A program made the position numbers and the translations under genes. A stretch of DNA of 64,000 bases. Origin: Candidatus Limnocylindria bacterium (GTDB taxonomy: Bacteria > Chloroflexota > Limnocylindria > Limnocylindrales > CSP1-4). Below the pieces are notes generated by a model that was not told where the DNA came from, did not search any database, and saw only the letters and a list, made by a program, of their open reading frames with translations. The DNA lies in contig DASPWU010000072.1 of assembly GCA_035637675.1 (NCBI GenBank), positions 20,074 through 84,073 on the forward strand. Direction: 5' to 3'. Below are positions 9,395-18,359 of this stretch, in pieces (the first letter of the stretch is position 1; each line of letters opens with the position of its first letter).

Positions 9395-10294
9395 TCAGCC
9401 CTTGACGGCGCCTCCGGTGATGCCCCGCACGAAGTACCGCTGCAGCGCGAAGAACACGGCCAGGGGCAGCGCCATCGAGATGAACGCGGCCGCGCCGAGG
9501 AGCTGCCAGCCCGCGCCGAGCGAGCTCACGAGGTTCGCGATGGTCCCGGTCAGCGGGAGGTTCTCCGACCGGCTGAAGCCGATGTAGGTGATCGCCACCA
9601 GCAGGTCGTTCCAGACGAACAGGAACTGGAAGATCGCCAGGGCCGCGATCGCCGGCACGCTCATCGGCAGCGCCAGCCGGAAGAACGCGGTCACCGGGCT
9701 GGCGCCGTCGATGTAGGCCGATTCGAAGACCTCGCGCGGCAGCGATCCCATGAAATTCCGGAGCAGGTAGATCGCGAACGGCAGGCCATAGCCGGTGTGC
9801 GCGAGCCAGACCGACAGGAACTCGCCGTTGATTCCGATGCTGCTGAACAGCCGGAGGATGGGGATCAGGGTCGTCTGGAGCGGCACCACCAGGAGCCCCA
9901 CCACCGCCACGAACAGGATGTTCCGGCCGGGAAAGCTCATCCAGCTGAAGGCGTACGCGGCGAAGGCCGCCACGAAGATGGGGATGATCGTGGCCGGGAT
10001 CGTGATGAACAGGCTGTTGACGAACGCGTCGGCGATGCCAGCCTGACCGATGACGTTCCCGTAGTTCTCCAGCGTCAGCCTGCCCGGATCGAACAGGGCG
10101 TTCCACCAGCCCGACGTTGAGACATCCGCGGGAGGACGGAACGAGTTGACCAGCAGCCCGATCGTGGGCAGCAGCCAGAGGACGACCAGGAAGATGACGA
10201 ACGCGTGGAGCCCGATCCGGCCGAGTGGGCTCCGGCGCCGTCCGGCGGTCTCCGCGGAGGCCAGGGCGGAGCGAGTCTGCGCGGCAGCGGTCAT
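9395..10294 (-). CDS. Carbohydrate ABC transporter permease (MalG-like)
   Basis: Six-TM permease with the EAA-type loop. Typical CUT1 family architecture. Overlaps the upstream permease by 4 nt. Confidence 0.85.
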   Translation of the reverse strand: MTAAAQTRSALASAETAGRRRSPLGRIGLHAFVIFLVVLWLLPTIGLLVNSFRPPADVSTSGWWNALFDPGRLTLENYGNVIGQAGIADAFVNSLFITIPATIIPIFVAAFAAYAFSWMSFPGRNILFVAVVGLLVVPLQTTLIPILRLFSSIGINGEFLSVWLAHTGYGLPFAIYLLRNFMGSLPREVFESAYIDGASPVTAFFRLALPMSVPAIAALAIFQFLFVWNDLLVAITYIGFSRSENLPLTGTIANLVSSLGAGWQLLGAAAFISMALPLAVFFALQRYFVRGITGGAVKG

Positions 10295-11268
10295 CGGATC
10301 GCCTCCTGGGCGCGGAACCGGTTGATGTTGAGGCCCATGATCGGCACGATGGCGATCAGGAGGATCACCGCGACCGCGCTGGCCCGTCCGAAGTCGCCGT
10401 CGACGAACATCTCCTTGTACTGGAGGTTCGCGATCACCTCGGTGTTGTAGTTACCGTTGGTCATGACGTACACGATGTCGAACGCCTTTAGGGCAGTGAT
10501 GATGATCGTGGTCGACACGACCGCGATGGTCGGTAACAGGAGGGGGAACACGATGTGCCGGAACACGCGCCACTCGGTGGCGCCGTCCACCCGCGCGGCC
10601 TCCAGGAGCTCGGGGCTGATGCCCTTGAGCGCGGCCGAGAGGATGACCATCCCGAAACCGGTCCACATCCAGGCCATAACGGCGATCAGCGCGATCGTGT
10701 TGAAGGCCAGCGTGTCGGTCTGGAGCCAGGTCACGGGACCGAGCCCGACAGCCCCAAGGATGGCGTTCAACGTTCCGGTCTGCGGTGTGCCGGGCTGCTG
10801 GTAGTCGTACATGAAGCGCCAGATCACGCTGGCGGCGACCATGCTGATCGCGAGTGGCACGAAGATCACGGACTTGGCGATCGTCTCGTAGCGGACCCGG
10901 TCCACCAGGACCGCGATGATCAGGCCGAGTCCGACCGTGAACAGGGTCAGGAACACGACCCACAGGACGTTGTTGCGGAGCGCGATCAGCGCGCTGTCCG
11001 TCCCGAAGAACCACTGGTAGTTGGCGAGACCGACGAAGGCATCGCCGGCTCTGTCCTGGAAGCTCCTGACGATCGTGCCGATCGTCGGATAGACCAGGAA
11101 GACGAACAGGAAGGCCAATGCCGGCAAGAGCCACAGCCATGGCCGGATCCGGCCCCGCTGTCGCTCGGCGACCATGCGGAGCAGCAGCTCCGTGCCGTAG
11201 ATATAACCAACCAGAACCGCGGGCACGCCGATGACCACGGAGATCGCCGTTCCGAGCCGAGGATCCAT
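10291..11268 (-). CDS. Carbohydrate ABC transporter permease (MalF-like)
   Basis: Multi-TM permease with a conserved EAAxxDGA-like segment (LLEAARVDGATEWRVF). Confidence 0.85.
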   Translation of the reverse strand: MDPRLGTAISVVIGVPAVLVGYIYGTELLLRMVAERQRGRIRPWLWLLPALAFLFVFLVYPTIGTIVRSFQDRAGDAFVGLANYQWFFGTDSALIALRNNVLWVVFLTLFTVGLGLIIAVLVDRVRYETIAKSVIFVPLAISMVAASVIWRFMYDYQQPGTPQTGTLNAILGAVGLGPVTWLQTDTLAFNTIALIAVMAWMWTGFGMVILSAALKGISPELLEAARVDGATEWRVFRHIVFPLLLPTIAVVSTTIIITALKAFDIVYVMTNGNYNTEVIANLQYKEMFVDGDFGRASAVAVILLIAIVPIMGLNINRFRAQEAIR

Positions 11269-11338
11269 CGAGCACCTCCCGCCGTGGATTCATGGAGTGG
11301 GGAGGGCGGCGCCGCTCCCCACCGATGCGAGCTCCGGC

Positions 11339-12616
11339 CTACTTCTTGTAGGCGTCCACCTGGACCTTGTCGAGGCCGGCCAGGATCGTGTCGAGATTCG
11401 CGGGAGTCTTGGTGTAGTCGAGGATGGCCTTCCAGAAGGCGTCGTTCATTGCCTTTGGCATGAGGTCTGACGCGTCGAAGGCGAACGCCTTCGAATTCAC
11501 CAGCATGTCCGCCGACTTCTTCGCGATGTCGTCCGGATAGCTCTTCGCGTTCTTGTTGGCCGACAGTGCGCCGCCGATCTTGACCCAGATGTCCTGGGCC
11601 GGAGCGGTGACGAGGTACTTCATGAGCGACTTTGCCTCGGGCGTGTCGTGGAACATGCCGAACAGGTCACCAACGCCCTCGACTGCGCCCGAATTGGCCG
11701 GGTTGATGTCCGGGAACGGGAAGAAGTTGTAGTCGGTCCCGGCCTTCTTGCCCTTGAACCCGCCGAGGCCGGTGATGAAGCTTGCCTGGTGGTGGAATAC
11801 GCAGCCGGGCGGCGTGGCGAAGAGGGCGTCGCCACCCTTCTCGAAGTTCAGGGTCAGCGCGGTGTTGGCTCCGCCGTTCGCGCTTTGCATCACCTCACCG
11901 AACGTCTGGAAGGCGCTTTTGATCTCGGGCGATGTCCATTTGACCTTGCCTGCCCACCAGTCGTTGTAGACCTGCGTGCCCGATTGGCGAAGGACGATGT
12001 CCTCGATCCAGTCGGTGCCGGGCCAGCCGGACGCGGCGCCCGACTCGAGGCCGACGCACCAGATGGCATTCGCGCCGTCCTTGTTGGCGGTCGCCTGTGA
12101 CTTCAGCTCGTCCCATGTCTTGGGCGGTGCCGCCGACCAGTCGTGGAGCTTGGGGCTGTACCAGATCAGGCCCTTGACGCCCGACTTGATGAAGACGCCG
12201 TAGGTCTTGCCGTCAACGACGCCCAGATTCAGAAGGGGCGCGACGGTCTCGCTCTTGTACGTGGCCATGTCGAGCGTGTCGTCGAGCGGCTTGAGCGAGC
12301 CGCCCTTGGCGAACTCGATCAGCTGGCCGGGACCGGGCAGGCCCGCCATGTCCGGCAGGACGCCTGATGCCACTCCGGTCGTCAGGACGGCGTTGAGGTC
12401 CCGGGTGCCGGTGTACTTGACCTTGTTGCCGGTCTGATCCTCCCAGGGCTTCACCATCGCCAGGAAGGCCTTCTGCTCGTCGCCGCCCCACGTTCCGATG
12501 ACGGTGACGCTCTTGCCGCCGCCCTGATTGCTGGCGCAGCCGGCACCCACCAGGCTCACCGCCGCGAGCACGAGGCTCGCGCGCCAGGCCAAACCAAATC
12601 GTTTCATCGTTGTCAT
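11339..12616 (-). CDS. Sugar ABC transporter substrate-binding lipoprotein
   Basis: Signal peptide with lipobox LVGAGC. Family 1 extracellular solute-binding protein features. Heads the permease operon. Confidence 0.85.
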   Translation of the reverse strand: MTTMKRFGLAWRASLVLAAVSLVGAGCASNQGGGKSVTVIGTWGGDEQKAFLAMVKPWEDQTGNKVKYTGTRDLNAVLTTGVASGVLPDMAGLPGPGQLIEFAKGGSLKPLDDTLDMATYKSETVAPLLNLGVVDGKTYGVFIKSGVKGLIWYSPKLHDWSAAPPKTWDELKSQATANKDGANAIWCVGLESGAASGWPGTDWIEDIVLRQSGTQVYNDWWAGKVKWTSPEIKSAFQTFGEVMQSANGGANTALTLNFEKGGDALFATPPGCVFHHQASFITGLGGFKGKKAGTDYNFFPFPDINPANSGAVEGVGDLFGMFHDTPEAKSLMKYLVTAPAQDIWVKIGGALSANKNAKSYPDDIAKKSADMLVNSKAFAFDASDLMPKAMNDAFWKAILDYTKTPANLDTILAGLDKVQVDAYKK

Positions 12617-12756
12617 CTCCTCCTGCTATCTGGCCGGGCTCCCCGCCCGGCGTGTACTGCGTGCGTGGTGGTTTCGGACCGGCCTGCTGTCGGCAGGTCT
12701 CCTCCGTTCCCGTTTCCCGGGCTCGTCCACGCTCCTCCTCCGAGGTCTCTGCTCTG

Positions 12757-13803
12757 TCATGGCCCTCCGGCTTGCCCGGTGCCAATCCTGCTCGTCGAGT
12801 CACGCACGATCAGCTCCGTCGGGAGCAGCGTTCGCGGCGCAACGGGACGGCCGGCCACCCGGTCCATCAATGCGTGTCCCGCCGCCGCGCCCAACGCGTG
12901 GGCGGGCAGGTGGACGGTGGTCAGCGGCGGGTCGAAATGCTCCGCCAGGGGGATGTCGTCGAATCCGACGATGGAAATGTCCAGGGGCACCCGCCGGCCG
13001 GCCTCGCGCAGCGCCCGCAGGGCGCCGAAGGCCACGACGTCACTGGCCACGAAGACCGCGGTCGGCCTGGCTCGACTCAGGAGCTGGCCTATGGCGGTGT
13101 AACCGCTCGCTGCATCGAACGAGCCCTCCACGATCAGCCGCTCGTCGGGCTCGAGGTTGGCGGCCTCGAGTGCCTGGCGATAGCCCGCGAGCCGCTGGGA
13201 AGCGGCAGTGTACGCCAACGGTGCATTCGTGATGCAACCGATGCGACGGTGACCGAGACCGATCAGGTGCTCGACGGCGACCCGCGCCCCGGCCTGGTTG
13301 TCGACGTCGACGCTCGGCGCATCGAGATCGGGCCGGGAGCCCTGGAGCACGATGGGGAAACCGTCGCGCACGAGCCCGGCCAGCTCGTCGTCGTCGGCAC
13401 GCGGCCCGGACACCACGAGGCCGTCGGTGCGCTGCGACCGGAGGAGATCGGCGTACGTTCCGCTACCCGGCACGAGCGGCTCGATGAGCACCCGGTAGCC
13501 GCCCTGGCGGGCGGCCTGGGCGAGGCCCCAGAGCGTGGCCGAGAGCAGGGCGTCGGCCGCAACCTGATCGGCCGACTGGCGCAGGACGACCCCCAGCGTC
13601 AGGCTGGACCTGCCGGCAAGCTGACGGGCCGCCTCGTGCGGGTGGTAGCCCAGCTCGCGCGCGGCCTCCTCGACTCGCCGCCAGGTGGTCCGTGGGATCT
13701 GGGTGTCGGCGCGGCCATTGAGCACGAACGAGACCGTCGTCCGAGACACCCCGGCGCGGGCCGCGACATCGGCGCTGGTCGGCCGCCGCCGGGCCTGGGC
13801 CAT
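12757..13803 (-). CDS. LacI family transcriptional regulator
   Basis: N-terminal HTH ADVAARAGVSRTTVSFVLNG. Periplasmic-binding-fold effector domain. Confidence 0.85.
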   Translation of the reverse strand: MAQARRRPTSADVAARAGVSRTTVSFVLNGRADTQIPRTTWRRVEEAARELGYHPHEAARQLAGRSSLTLGVVLRQSADQVAADALLSATLWGLAQAARQGGYRVLIEPLVPGSGTYADLLRSQRTDGLVVSGPRADDDELAGLVRDGFPIVLQGSRPDLDAPSVDVDNQAGARVAVEHLIGLGHRRIGCITNAPLAYTAASQRLAGYRQALEAANLEPDERLIVEGSFDAASGYTAIGQLLSRARPTAVFVASDVVAFGALRALREAGRRVPLDISIVGFDDIPLAEHFDPPLTTVHLPAHALGAAAGHALMDRVAGRPVAPRTLLPTELIVRDSTSRIGTGQAGGP

Positions 13804-13820
13804 CGCTTCTCCCTGGCTAA

Positions 13821-13842
13821 CTCGCGTTACTAACGCGCATTA
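13821..13842. promoter_or_regulatory. Candidate LacI-family operator region (overlapping imperfect palindromes)
   Basis: TAACTCGCGTTACTAACGCGCATTA contains GTTAcTAAC and TAACGCGCATTA (10 of 12 palindromic), centred on CG. It sits in the divergent lacI/hypothetical intergenic region. Confidence 0.25.
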
Positions 13843-13942
13843 TGTCGAGCCCGCCGGTCTCGTCAAGCGAGTTCCGGCGGCCGGCGCGGCCCCAACGGAG
13901 GGTCTGGCGAGGGCTAGCGGCGAGCGAACGAAGGTCCCGCTG

Positions 13943-14749
13943 ATGTGGGCCGACTCGCTGCTACCATACGACCACCTTCACCGCACTTCGGGGTTCACCG
14001 TGCCGCTCGATTTCCTCAAGCGCAAACCTGGGGCTGGCCCGGCCGGCCCGGTCGACTACAGCGCCGGCATCCTGGCGGTGCCGGAAGAGGCGATCGCCCA
14101 GGAATACCAGCTCAAGCTCTACTACGCGGGCAAGAGCAGCGAGGGAGTCCGGATGAAGGCCGGGCCGCGGGCGCTGGCCGAGCTGCCATCCATGCTGACC
14201 GGTTTGGCCCAGAGCGAGATCGAGGTCGTGGAGCCGCTGCCCATCGAGTTCAGCCAGGCGACACCGGTCATCAGTCGCCCATCCGAGGCGATGCAATGGC
14301 TGAACGCTCACCACGTCCATAGCCCCATCACCCGCCATGCGCTCATGGTCCTGGAGTCGATCGACGCGGTGGACCTGGCGTTCGACACCTTCGTTTGCGC
14401 GCTGCTCGACGGCGAGATCGACACGTCGGGCTACCCCGAGTACAACGCCATCGTCGGCGGCGTCGCCTCGCATTGGGATGAGACCACCGGAGACATGATC
14501 GTCCGGGCGGTCGTCGGCTGGGGTGGCAAGGGCGTCCGCGGCGACACCGATCGGATCGGGGCGAAGCTGGTGGGCGGGTTGCTCACCAACATCCTCGCCA
14601 ACCAGTACGCGGTGGGCCTGACCCCGATCGAGCGGCCCGTGCCGGCAGCCGGACGGGGCGGGCTGGTATGCGCCCACTGCGGCTTCGCCTCGGCCCACGA
14701 GCGGGCGTTCTACTGCCCCAAGTGCGGCATGCGGCTGTTGCGCGGCTGA
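13943..14749 (+). CDS. Hypothetical protein with C-terminal CxxC...CxxC zinc ribbon
   Basis: ATG at 13943. The longer ORF would overlap lacI. C-terminus CAHCGFASAHERAFYCPKCG. No recognisable catalytic motif. Confidence 0.5.
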   Translation: MWADSLLPYDHLHRTSGFTVPLDFLKRKPGAGPAGPVDYSAGILAVPEEAIAQEYQLKLYYAGKSSEGVRMKAGPRALAELPSMLTGLAQSEIEVVEPLPIEFSQATPVISRPSEAMQWLNAHHVHSPITRHALMVLESIDAVDLAFDTFVCALLDGEIDTSGYPEYNAIVGGVASHWDETTGDMIVRAVVGWGGKGVRGDTDRIGAKLVGGLLTNILANQYAVGLTPIERPVPAAGRGGLVCAHCGFASAHERAFYCPKCGMRLLRG

Positions 14750-14776
14750 TAGGGTCGACAGGCCGAGCCCACTCGC

Positions 14777-15223
14777 ATGCCCACCTACGACTACGTCTGC
14801 CGCGCCTGCGGCCATCGGGTCGAGGTTCATCACGGACTGTACGCCGAGGGACCCACCCAGTGTCCCAACTGTCACTCGCACGCCCTGCGCAAGGCCATCG
14901 CCGCGCCGGCGATCGTGTTCAAGGGCAGCGGCTGGGCGAAGAAGGACCGGTCCAACGTCAAGTCGGCCACGGCCGCGGGCCGCGACGCCGCAGGCGGCGA
15001 AACCGGTAGCTCCTCGAACGAGGATGGCGGCGAGCCATCGAAGGGGAGCGAGCCGGCGAAGGGCGGCGAGGGGGCAAAAGGCGCCGAGACGACGAGAGGC
15101 GCAGAGCCGACGAGGGGCGCAGAGCCGACGAGGGGCGCCGAGCCAGCGAAACGCGGGTCGGGCACAACGGAGGCAGCTTCCGCCTCGTCGGGTGGCTCCA
15201 ACCCGGCCTCGGGCGTCGACTGA
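14777..15223 (+). CDS. FmdB family zinc-ribbon protein with repetitive C-terminal tail
   Basis: MPTYDYVCRACGHRVEV...CPNCHSH is the canonical FmdB CxxC..CPxC. Low-complexity tail with GAEPTRGAEPTRGAEPAKRG repeats. Confidence 0.7.
   Translation: MPTYDYVCRACGHRVEVHHGLYAEGPTQCPNCHSHALRKAIAAPAIVFKGSGWAKKDRSNVKSATAAGRDAAGGETGSSSNEDGGEPSKGSEPAKGGEGAKGAETTRGAEPTRGAEPTRGAEPAKRGSGTTEAASASSGGSNPASGVD
15040..15150 (+). repeat. In-frame tandem repeat (about 21 bp units) inside the FmdB-like gene
   Basis: ggcgcagagccgacgagg is repeated consecutively and encodes the GAEPTR repeats. Confidence 0.4.
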
Positions 15224-15225
15224 CG

Positions 15226-15465
15226 ATGCCCGCCGCTACCGACTGGATCACGCTGACCGAAGCCGCCGGCATCCTGGCGGCGGCCAACATCCACTTCCGG
15301 CCCCAGACCATCGGCGATTGGGCGCGGCGCGGCCGGCTCCAGAGCATCAAGCTCGGGGGGCGCCGATTCGTCCGCCGGGGCGAGGTGAAATCGCTCATCG
15401 CCGGTCGCCGAAGGGTGCCGGCCGACCAGTTGCAACCGAGCCTGTTCGAGGACTGGCACAGCTGA
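15226..15465 (+). CDS. Small HTH DNA-binding protein (excisionase/MerR-like HTH_17)
   Basis: ITLTEAAGIL...TIGDWARRGRLQSIKLGGRRFVRRGEV resembles excisionase-family DNA-binding domains. No integrase nearby. Confidence 0.55.
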   Translation: MPAATDWITLTEAAGILAAANIHFRPQTIGDWARRGRLQSIKLGGRRFVRRGEVKSLIAGRRRVPADQLQPSLFEDWHS

Positions 15466-15493
15466 TCGTCGAGGAGCGACAGCGGGAGCGAGC

Positions 15494-16456
15494 GTGCAAC
15501 GTTTGACCGGTCGCCTGCGCCGCCTGCGCGTGATCCTCGATCACCCTCGGGTGGCCACGGCGCGCGCGGTCCTCGAGGACTACGAGGCGGCCGGCGGTGG
15601 CCTGCTGGCCGGCGGCCTGGCCTACGCCGGGCTGTTCGCCGTCCTGTCGGCGATCCTGTTCGTGATCGGGGTGACGGGCTTCTTCGTCCAGGATTCCGAG
15701 CGGCTCGCGGCGATCGTCGGCGAGATCGGGCGTCGGCTGCCGCCGCTCGAAGGACTCGTGCGGACCGGCCTGAGCCGGGTCTCGGAGACCGCTGCGACGT
15801 TCTCGATCCTGGGTCTCGCCGGCCTGGGGTGGGGCGCCAGCCGGTTCTATTCAGCGCTGGACATCGCCTTCGCCCGCGTCTTCCGGGCGTCCTCCGCCCG
15901 CGGTTTCGCGGCACAGACGGTGCGCGGCATGGTCGTGGTGGGGCTGCTCCTCGCGGTCATCGTCGCTTCCGTGGTCCTGGCCTCGGTAGCCTCGTTCGTG
16001 GATGCATTCGTGGGCAAGGGCTCTGCCGTCGCCTTCGTCTGGCAGCTTGCGACGAGAGGCCTGGGACTGGCGCTGCAGTTCGTGGCGATCGTGGCCGTCT
16101 TCCGCTACGTTCCGCCCCACGGTCCAAGCTGGCGAGCGTTGGCACCGCCGGCGATCGCGGTGGCGCTCGTCCTTTCTGCCTTCACGAACGCGTTCGTGCT
16201 GATCCAGGCACGGCTGGTCGGGTCCCTCGAGCTGTTCAGCGGGTTCGCCTTCGTGCTGGCCACGATGGTCTGGTTGTCCCTCGGGTTCCAGGTGCTGTTG
16301 CTGGGCGCTGCCTGGACGCACGTGCGCGAGCCCGACGCCGTCCAGGCCCGGGATCTCCCGGTGGAGGCCATGGATCCCTCGACCCCTGGCCCGGAGGATT
16401 CGCCCCCTGCCGTTGCCCGGCCGCGATCGTCGCCGGATGGTGACCGGCCGTCCTGA
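15494..16456 (+). CDS. YihY/BrkB family membrane protein
   Basis: GGGLLAGGLAYAGLFAVLSAILFVIG and a multi-TM profile typical of YihY (ribonuclease BN-like) proteins. Confidence 0.8.
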   Translation: MQRLTGRLRRLRVILDHPRVATARAVLEDYEAAGGGLLAGGLAYAGLFAVLSAILFVIGVTGFFVQDSERLAAIVGEIGRRLPPLEGLVRTGLSRVSETAATFSILGLAGLGWGASRFYSALDIAFARVFRASSARGFAAQTVRGMVVVGLLLAVIVASVVLASVASFVDAFVGKGSAVAFVWQLATRGLGLALQFVAIVAVFRYVPPHGPSWRALAPPAIAVALVLSAFTNAFVLIQARLVGSLELFSGFAFVLATMVWLSLGFQVLLLGAAWTHVREPDAVQARDLPVEAMDPSTPGPEDSPPAVARPRSSPDGDRPS

Positions 16457-16459
16457 CGG

Positions 16460-18190
16460 TCAGGCCGGGACCTGGTTCGCTCCGCATCGACGGCAGAAGC
16501 GCGCCGTGGCGGACAAGGGCAGCCCGCAGTTCACACAGGACTGGACTCCCGATTCCGGCCGGCTCAGCACGTCGCGGCTGGACGCCGCCCAGATCGCGTC
16601 GACGGCGCTGACCCGACCGCCGCGTTGTTCGCCGGCGGGCCAGCTGGGGGCGGCGGACGGCTGGCTGGCGGGCCAGGCCGGGGTCGACGGCCACTCGGGT
16701 TCGGTAGCCGGGGGGGAAGCCACCGGGAGCGCCGCCTGCGGGAGGGCGGGCGGCTGAACGGCTGCGGCCGGGATTGCCGGCGGCGGGACGGGCGCTGGCG
16801 GTGCGCTCGGCGCCACCGGCGCGGGCCACCGTGCCTGTACCGATGGCTGGAGGGCAGGCCCGGGTGACGTCGGGACGATCACCGGCTCGGCTGGATGTCC
16901 GTTCGGTTGGCCAGCGGGCGCCGGCGGTGTCTCGACATGCCACGTCGGGACCTCGATCCGGTCGACCTGCGGCCTGGCGGGCTCCGCCGCGACGGGCGGC
17001 TGAGCGGGCTCGGACGGCTGGGCGCGCTCGGCTGCCACGGGCGGCGGCTGAACGGGCTCAGACGGCTCGACGGGTTTGGATTCCGCGGCCGCTGCCGGCC
17101 GGGACCCGGTCGTCCGATTGAAGCGCGTGAGGAATTCGGCAGTCTGGGCCAGCGCCGCCGCGGTACGCTCGTCGATCGCGTCGAGCTCGCTCGGCGGGGT
17201 GCCGGCGACCGCGGTGTCATCTGCCGGCGGCTGCGCGCTCGCGGGGACCGCAGGTTGCTCACGCGCTGCCAGGGCGGCCTCGGCTCCGGCATGGGCAGCG
17301 TCTTCCTCGAAGAGGCTGACTTCCAGGGCGATGTCCCGGGCCGGTTTCGCCGGCTTGGGCGGGATCGGCGCCCTCGGGGCAGGCTTGGCCGCAACGGTCC
17401 CCGCCGGCGGCCCGGCGACGGCAGCCGGCGCGACGGCGGTTGGCGGCTCCTGGACGACGGTGGGCGCCGGCGGCTTGACAACCTCGGCGGCCGGCGACTC
17501 GGCGGCCGGCGGCACGGGCGCGGCCTCCACCGGCGGGGGCTCGGCCGGCGCGGCCGCCACCGGCAGGTCGGGCCCGCCCTTCACCGGCGGTGACTGGACG
17601 ACGTCGCCGACCTGCTCGTCCGGTCGGGTGGCGATCGCGAAGAGGGACTGCAGGCGCGATACCGCGTCGGTTTCCTCATCCTTGACCGCCTCCTCGGCGG
17701 GAGGCGTCCGACTCAGGTCCGTGGTCGGCCAGGCCGCCTCTGCCGAAGAGCCCTGGAGGAGAGTCTCCAGATCGATCTCGTGGCCGTTGCCGGCGGCCGC
17801 CGCACCGATCGAGGCGATTCGGCCGAACGGGTCGGGAGCCCTGAACGGCGCCTCCAGGACCTCGTGGCCCAGATGAGGCGCGCAGCTCAGGCAGCGGCTC
17901 TCCACCTCGTTCCAGCAATTGGCACAGGTGTACTGCCGGCACGACATGCAGAAGTTGAACGTCTTATGGAACGCATCGAGCTGCTGCCCGGATGCCTGGC
18001 GATCCTCGTCGCTGCGAGCGTCTGCAAGGGCCTCGTCGAGCGACGCCTCGTCGCTCAGGACGTAGTTCTTCAGACCCCGGGAGAGGACCTTGAGCTTGCC
18101 GAACCGCCGCCCGGCCCGGGGCGATTCCGTCTCGAAGGTGTAGCGCGTGCCGCAGCGTTCGCAGAATGACTCAGTCAGGATCTCGGACAT
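16460..18190 (-). CDS. Zinc-ribbon / Pro-Ala-rich protein (N-terminal 8-Cys domain, long PA-rich linker, C-terminal zinc ribbon)
   Basis: ATG at 18190 preceded by GGGGA. N-terminus CERCG...CMSC...CANC...CLSC (four CxxC pairs). About 350 aa low-complexity Pro/Ala/Val region. C-terminal CVNCG...CRRCG. Confidence 0.6.
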   Translation of the reverse strand: MSEILTESFCERCGTRYTFETESPRAGRRFGKLKVLSRGLKNYVLSDEASLDEALADARSDEDRQASGQQLDAFHKTFNFCMSCRQYTCANCWNEVESRCLSCAPHLGHEVLEAPFRAPDPFGRIASIGAAAAGNGHEIDLETLLQGSSAEAAWPTTDLSRTPPAEEAVKDEETDAVSRLQSLFAIATRPDEQVGDVVQSPPVKGGPDLPVAAAPAEPPPVEAAPVPPAAESPAAEVVKPPAPTVVQEPPTAVAPAAVAGPPAGTVAAKPAPRAPIPPKPAKPARDIALEVSLFEEDAAHAGAEAALAAREQPAVPASAQPPADDTAVAGTPPSELDAIDERTAAALAQTAEFLTRFNRTTGSRPAAAAESKPVEPSEPVQPPPVAAERAQPSEPAQPPVAAEPARPQVDRIEVPTWHVETPPAPAGQPNGHPAEPVIVPTSPGPALQPSVQARWPAPVAPSAPPAPVPPPAIPAAAVQPPALPQAALPVASPPATEPEWPSTPAWPASQPSAAPSWPAGEQRGGRVSAVDAIWAASSRDVLSRPESGVQSCVNCGLPLSATARFCRRCGANQVPA

Positions 18191-18359
18191 CGTGTCCCCG
18201 GGGCGCAACTCATCAAGCTCGGGCGGCGACGCCAGCCGAACGGATGCGAGAGTATACCGCAGGGTCATTGCCTCCCCTCCGCCGCTCGTACCCCGTGGGC
18301 CTACCGATGGTCCCGCCGATCGGGCGGGCCGGACGCCTCTGCTAGACTCCGGGCGCCTC

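Noticed and set aside
15226-15465. Excisionase-like HTH as marker of an integrated mobile element
   Set aside because: No integrase, recombinase, att-like direct repeats, tRNA target or phage/transposon genes anywhere nearby. More likely a stand-alone MerR/excisionase-fold regulator.
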